Shown here: in pieces, positions 51,601 to 55,926 of the stretch
How the letters are laid out: every line of letters starts with the position of its first letter
How positions within the stretch are numbered: the stretch's first letter is position 1
Assembly: GCA_963733195.1 (NCBI GenBank)
Contig: CAVTCR010000030.1
Location: 1-55,926 of the forward strand
Length of the DNA: 55,926 nucleotides
Source of the DNA: an uncultured delta proteobacterium
Lineage (GTDB): Bacteria > Desulfobacterota > Binatia > Bin18
Direction of reading: 5' to 3'
Notes under the pieces: generated by a model
What the model was told of the DNA's origin: nothing
Database searches by the model: none
The model's input: only the letters and a program-made list of their open reading frames with translations
Translations under genes and position numbers: made by a program

Positions 51601-51759
51601 CGGCCACAGCCCCCCAACTGCCCCGAGCCGTCCTGCCGGGCCGATAGTTGCCGTAATCGTCACCTGCGCCAGCTCTAGGGCGTGCAGCCATTCAGTCCAC
51701 TGTGTTTTGTCCATCGGCGATTTCCCACGCATGGCCGCATCCGCGGTTTGCACATACAC
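48670..51759 (-). CDS. NACHT (STAND) NTPase with C-terminal HEAT repeats and an N-terminal Lon C-half (catalytic Lys)
   Basis: Walker A GPPGSGKT, Walker B LLLLDGLDE, ITCR, NPLLL, FLHLTIQEFLAA; repeated D..VR..AA.ALG. N-terminus TITATIGPAGRLGAVGGLWPKL...ATLQEAV. Confidence 0.9.
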   Translation of the reverse strand: MYVQTADAAMRGKSPMDKTQWTEWLHALELAQVTITATIGPAGRLGAVGGLWPKLLVAATEAATLGLLRVVVVAEEQSDVASELLAPDASPLRVLKAATLQEAVQRLYEEHGAREAVRRHEREQCAVLNILDQSLPIATHYQVLPLLQEVKRERLPRTEREGRQEQEPHEEHSGFSEVDILRWEEQVREETVTYKRVPLERVFSDFRSVTKGATTSVPRCVVLGPPGSGKTMLMQYVGWQVARRAWPPSGGPLLPVRIRLREWETWATREGKQEENLPHYLTEHYKMLSPAQHAAQWQRWLQKGEVLLLLDGLDEIEGKPFFLSVLKTALVTFNECPTLITCRTVSVEQHQAVCPDFPLFTLAPLAPEQRDAFIKAFPAKYRDHYDPDTVIAQLTRTPQLLPLAANPLLLSIICYVVDDVNGVIPTTRSELYARALERLLTRPPQRVEVRYPGEEPTGTEKLAVLERVALNLFAKHDRKLTFTGEELGQELKWALSEAGYGAAPAPWANALRVDLVANSAILRGNPTQGFFFLHLTIQEFLAAAALAKIIAEKGWQTLVEIAGTPVSARQLVDSKAWDPRWHEVLILLAGQLEDPLPLLTLLADDKKDDLFNSRLALAALCLPEMQLASSDHHATFVDRISTTAFTNWLQHEQNSTEPVAIHLTRALPALGQLNARMGGIAFPHRLRQQLHASSGEVRAGVAKALGQMGMVVAQYPEVLLDLEHILLHDTDELVRAQAAEAFRQMGVTVAQYPQTLLALVQAALHDTDWFVRSRAARALAQIGPAAAWHPEVLSAVEAALQDDNPHVRAHGAGVLRLVDGVTIQQLPLSPVLGQQVSRDQDKEGFSESAALFNQTGETSTQHPETAFAFVQALRSKDSGVRRAVIRALGQGKEMVTQHPDMLSSLVEIALHDADGGVRTEAAAALGRVQATATQHTSVLLALVRLVLRDTDAGVRARAAQALGQIGNKAASQPEMLSALVQAMRDADADVRFGAAEALGQIMAQGVRVFRRRWGKVEGKTIQELAALRE

Positions 51760-51988
51760 GTTCTACCGCCTTTCCTACTGTGCAGAGCCAGGACGGCAAG
51801 CCACGCAACCTATGCAAGCACATGCAGAACACCCTTGGAAAGAGGACCACCCTCATGTGTGTCGCGAGATTCGTCGAATTTCTCAAAACTTTCCTCAAAT
51901 TTTATCAAAACTTTAGCTTTCCTTTAGAACTTTCACGTCTCCGAGCACTACACTCCTCTCGTACGGAACAACAGAAAGGATACTCACG

Positions 51989-52459
51989 ATGAAAAAATAT
52001 ATTGTGTCCATTGCCGCCCTTATGGTGTCCCTCACGGTGTCTCCCACGCTGCGGGCCGATGTCCTACCGAACGTGTCTTCGCGCTACGCTGCGGTAGCGA
52101 ACCATGAAAAACGTCCTCCGTTCGTCGGCGACCGCTTCGCGCGCACAGAGTTGTACTTTGGCACCGCCAGGTCCGACAATCAGCCGCCAGTGTCGGAAGC
52201 GGAGTTTCAGAGTTTTCTCGATAACAACATTACCCCGGCATTCCCCGACGGTTTAACCTTGCTGAAAGGCTTGGGGCAGTTCAGCGGCGCCAACGGCGCC
52301 ATCGAGGAGACCTCCTTCCTCGTGATTCTCCTGTATCCCGCGGAAGCGCGGCGGGAGAGCAGCGAGAAGATCGAGAAAATTCGTAAGGATTACAAGGATG
52401 CGTATCAGCAAGAGTCCGTGTTGCGCTCGGACTTCTGCTGCGAGCGGGTCGGGTTCTGA
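51989..52459 (+). CDS. DUF3574-like secreted protein
   Basis: RTELYFG, ITPAFPDGLT, YQQESVLR; signal peptide. Confidence 0.85.
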   Translation: MKKYIVSIAALMVSLTVSPTLRADVLPNVSSRYAAVANHEKRPPFVGDRFARTELYFGTARSDNQPPVSEAEFQSFLDNNITPAFPDGLTLLKGLGQFSGANGAIEETSFLVILLYPAEARRESSEKIEKIRKDYKDAYQQESVLRSDFCCERVGF

Positions 52460-52673
52460 AGGCGTTCTCTGAGAGGCCGCGTACCTAGCCACTACCTACA
52501 TACTTCAACTTTAGAGTAGTTCGCGGCCTCCTCGCATTGCCAATAACGGAGGATAGAAAACAATCAGTGACTCTCCTCATACCTCAATGTTTAAATCCCC
52601 GGGAGAGACACAATAATACCTGATCGCACAGATAAGAACAACAAATTGTTACATCATAAAAGGAGAAAATATT

Positions 52674-53078
52674 ATGTTACGCTTTACTATCACTGACGTT
52701 CAAGAGATCGAACCCGTGTCATACGATTGGGGGGCGGTCAAATGGGTCAGCAACAACGAGGTCGCCCCGGGATGCGAGCAGAGCTTCGGGCTCGTGCACA
52801 TTCTCCCAGGGAAGACGAACCCCCTGCATTGGCACACGGCGGCCGAGGAACTTGTGTACGTCTTGTCAGGCGAGTGCGATATCAAGTTCGATGATAAATG
52901 GTACCGACTCACTTCAGGGCGCACCCTGTACATCCCGCCGGGCGTCAAGCACGAACTCAAGAACAACGGCTGGGAACCTGTCATTTATGTCGCGTCCTTT
53001 TCGGCCTCGATGCGGGGGACCATCTTTGATGACCCCGATGCCGTAGGCGTTCGGCCGCTGACAGCATCGTTGTACTGA
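52674..53078 (+). CDS. Cupin domain protein
   Basis: HWHTAAEE..YVLSG and IPPGVKHELKN. Confidence 0.92.
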   Translation: MLRFTITDVQEIEPVSYDWGAVKWVSNNEVAPGCEQSFGLVHILPGKTNPLHWHTAAEELVYVLSGECDIKFDDKWYRLTSGRTLYIPPGVKHELKNNGWEPVIYVASFSASMRGTIFDDPDAVGVRPLTASLY

Positions 53079-53129
53079 TACGAACCAAGCAAGGCCTTAG
53101 CGCAGGCTCTGAGGATCTGGGAGGAAGTG

Positions 53130-54557
53130 ATGAACAATGCCTTTGATCTCGTCGTGATCGGTGCCGGCCCAGCCGGAGAGAAGGGAGCGGCTCAGGCAGC
53201 CTATTACAATAAGAGAGTTGCTCTTGTCGAATACGCGCCGAAGCCGGGCGGCATTGCTGTAAGCAGCGCGGGTATCCCGACCAAGACTTTGCGCGAGACG
53301 GCTCTGTATGTGAGCGGGTTTCGCCACCGCGAAGTGTACGGACTGAGCCTCAACCTCGATCCCCAGGTCGCCCTCGAACGCTTGATGACGCGCAAGTCCG
53401 AAGTCGTCACCGTGATGACCAGGGCGGTAGAGCGTAACCTCGCCAGGCATGGCATCGAGCTGATTCAGGGAAAGGCTCATCTGGGACCCAACCGGACGGT
53501 CCAGGTCTCGCTGGACACAGGGGAAGAACGTACCCTACAGGCCAAGGTGGTCCTCCTTGCCACAGGCTCGCATCCAGTTCTTCCAACCGGGGTGCCGTTC
53601 GATGACCCCGATGTGTACGACCCGGTGGGGATTCTCCAGCTTGACCGTCTCCCCAGCACGCTCCTGGTGGTGGGAGGTGGAGCAGTAGGATGCGAATATG
53701 CCTCCATGTTTACCGCCCTGGGAGTAAAGGTAACCCTAGTCGATCCCCATCCGCGATTGCTTCGCTGCCTCGATTTGGAGTGCGCGCGCCTGCAAGCAGA
53801 GGTTTTCAACAGCGTGGGAATGCGGCTCAGGTTGGGGACGCCGCTCACCAACGTCCGGCGGGTAGCGGGGAGGCTCGAGGTGCACTTGGCCAACGGGCAG
53901 GTGCTCTATCCCGAGAAAGTGCTCTTCGCCACCGGCAGGGCAGGGAACACTGTGGGGCTTGGGCTTGAGGAGGTCGGAGTCGCACTCAACCCCAATGGGG
54001 ACATTATGGTCAATGACCGGTTTGAAACTACCGCCCCGGGCGTTTTTGCGGCCGGCGATGTCATCGGTCCTCCTCGCCTCGCGTCGGTCTCGATGGAACA
54101 GGCACGGGTTGCCATCTGTCACGCCTTTGGGAGCAAATTCAAAGAAAGAGTTGATCCTCTGGTCCCCCATTGCGTCTTCTCCATACCCGAGGTCGCCATG
54201 GTCGGGATGACCGAAGAACAGGCGCAAGCAGCGGGGATCGAATACGAGGTCGGCAGAGGGCAATTTTCGGCAAACAGCAAGGCGAGAATCTCCGGGCTTC
54301 ACGAAGGAATGATCAAGTTAGTATTTCGCCGTGCTGACCGTACTTTGCTCGGGGTACATATCCTGGGTGAAACGGCAAGCGAGCTAATCCACCAGGGACA
54401 ACTCGTTATGCATGAAGGGGGCGCGATTGACCGGTTCATCCATATGACCTTCGCCGTCCCCTCGCGGAGCGAGGCATACAAGTATGCGGCGTACGACGGG
54501 CTCGCGAATCTCGACCGGCGGCGCCAAGCGCAACAGCGCTGCTCCAAACACGTTTGA
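53130..54557 (+). CDS. sthA: Soluble pyridine nucleotide transhydrogenase-like flavoprotein
   Basis: GAGPAGEKGAAQAA, IPTKTLRE, GGGAVGCEYAS, AAGDVIGPPRLAS.SMEQ, SEAYKYAAYDGL. Confidence 0.8.
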   Translation: MNNAFDLVVIGAGPAGEKGAAQAAYYNKRVALVEYAPKPGGIAVSSAGIPTKTLRETALYVSGFRHREVYGLSLNLDPQVALERLMTRKSEVVTVMTRAVERNLARHGIELIQGKAHLGPNRTVQVSLDTGEERTLQAKVVLLATGSHPVLPTGVPFDDPDVYDPVGILQLDRLPSTLLVVGGGAVGCEYASMFTALGVKVTLVDPHPRLLRCLDLECARLQAEVFNSVGMRLRLGTPLTNVRRVAGRLEVHLANGQVLYPEKVLFATGRAGNTVGLGLEEVGVALNPNGDIMVNDRFETTAPGVFAAGDVIGPPRLASVSMEQARVAICHAFGSKFKERVDPLVPHCVFSIPEVAMVGMTEEQAQAAGIEYEVGRGQFSANSKARISGLHEGMIKLVFRRADRTLLGVHILGETASELIHQGQLVMHEGGAIDRFIHMTFAVPSRSEAYKYAAYDGLANLDRRRQAQQRCSKHV

Positions 54558-54627
54558 CGATCCCTTTCCTTCGCGCACTATGGCATCTCTTCGGAAATGT
54601 AGAGAGGAAAATCACAGAAAGGAAATT

Positions 54628-54846
54628 ATGAGCATCCCACGAGTTCTATTGTCCGGCAGACTCACTCAGAAGCTGATGAACTCCGGGCCGCACACTTTCA
54701 CCTTTGGTGATGGCCCCGACATCCTATTGATTTTTGACCCGAGGACTTCCAGCGCTTTGGGCCAAATTGAGGGCCGTAATATTGAGGTCCTGGTTCGCGA
54801 CATTGAACCGCCCTCAGTGTGGACTACGGAAGAGCAACTGCCTTGA
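54628..54846 (+). CDS. Small hypothetical protein
   Basis: RBS GAAAGGA, ATG 54628, 72 aa with globular composition. Confidence 0.45.
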   Translation: MSIPRVLLSGRLTQKLMNSGPHTFTFGDGPDILLIFDPRTSSALGQIEGRNIEVLVRDIEPPSVWTTEEQLP

Positions 54847-55130
54847 TCCTTCCTGACTCTTCTTCCACCTGAGGAGTCCACTCCCTGCCTGTTCTTACAG
54901 ACAGCCGATAGGAATTCTCTGCCTGTGGCTCGATGCCGTGATTAAAACTCCTTGTGATAATTGACTCTGCGACGCAATGAGAGAACCCCATCATCACGTA
55001 AGGCCAATTGGGTAATGTTGCAGATGTGGATACGTGCGGCTCTAACAGATTGTCAATCTTGGAGAATAAGAATCACTTTATCCAGATCTGAAGCACTACC
55101 CGATTTGGTATCACCTCCACGCTTCTTGCT

Positions 55131-55926
55131 TCACACGTACGCCCGCCGTAACATCTCGGCCGCGGTTTCGTCGAGCAGCTCCCCGCGGCGCACCTCCTCG
55201 AACCGCGCTAATAAGTCATCTACGCGCAGGCGCCGCTTTTCGGCACCCTGCAAGTCGTGAATGATCCGGCCGCGGTGCATCATGATGAGTCGATCGCCTA
55301 AGCTCGTCGCCTGTTGCATCGAATGGGTAACCATCAGGGTCGTCAACTGGTCGCGGGAGATCATTTCCTCGCTGAGTCGGATGACTTGGTCGGCGCTCTT
55401 GGGATCCAGGGCGGCCGTGTGTTCGTCGAGGAGCAACAGTTTCGGCTTGAGCCACGTCGCCATCAGCAGCGTCAGCGCTTGCCGCTGCCCGCCGGACAGG
55501 CTGCCGATAGTATTGTCTAGTCTGCCCTCCAGGCCCATGCCCAAGCGACGCACCCGTTCTCCGAGTTGGTTAGTAAAACTACGCCGCAGCGCCCACCCGA
55601 GCCCACGCCGGTGACCGCGCCGGGCAGCCAGTGCCAGGTTCTCAGCAATCGACATATGCGGTGCCGTGCCGCTGAAAGGGTTCTGAAAGACTCGCCCGAT
55701 AAGCGTGGCGCGACGGTGCTCGGGCCAGCATGTGACCTCAGTGCCTGCCAGGTAAATCGTGCCCGTATCCACCAGGAATGTCCCGGCTACTGCATTGAGC
55801 AGTGTGGACTTTCCTGAGCCGTTGGTGCCGATGACGACGACGAAAGATCCTTCCTGGATCGTCAGGCCCACACCCTGTAGGGACGGACTTCGTTCAACGT
55901 GCCAGGGTTAAACGTCTTCAAGATGC
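55131..55926 (-). CDS. ABC transporter ATP-binding subunit (COG1101-like), 5' end off the window, frameshift ~55880
   Basis: KTFNPGTLNE, GTNGSGKS, VFQNP, LSGGQRQ, DEHTAALDP, VTH. Confidence 0.92.

Noticed and set aside
1-55926. tRNA, rRNA or riboswitch genes
   Set aside because: None recognised by eye; tRNAscan-SE and an Rfam scan would be needed to exclude them.

Overview
This is a GC-rich bacterial window whose gene style (many amidohydrolases, cyclases and LLM oxygenases) suggests a Deltaproteobacteria/Binatota-like MAG; that taxonomy is inference. It has five zones. (1) 1-17.7 kb: catabolic and housekeeping genes (amidohydrolase, CocE/NonD hydrolase, two cyclase-family hydrolases, SDR, metallophosphoesterase, NtaA-like monooxygenase, ABC-F, BON protein, pncB). 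(2) 17.7-21.7 kb: decayed mobile elements (group II intron 3' remnant, three IS200 tnpA copies, IS110 fragments). (3) 21.8-26.7 kb: an AT-richer secondary-replicon origin (rep-parA-parB, a convergent wHTH gene, nine 17-bp iterons, parS-like palindromes). (4) 26.9-38.6 kb: more metabolic and stress genes with an IS1 scar. (5) 38.7-55.9 kb: a putative signalling/defence region followed by a few metabolic and transport genes. The main finding is a Lon-type (S16, Ser-Lys dyad) protease domain split between two genes about 12 kb apart. The Ser half (GPSLG) ends the last gene of an unknown four-gene operon. The Lys half (TITATIGPAGRLGAVGGLWPK) begins a NACHT-HEAT STAND protein. Many genes carry single-base frameshifts, probably long-read consensus errors, so several split ORFs are treated as single genes.
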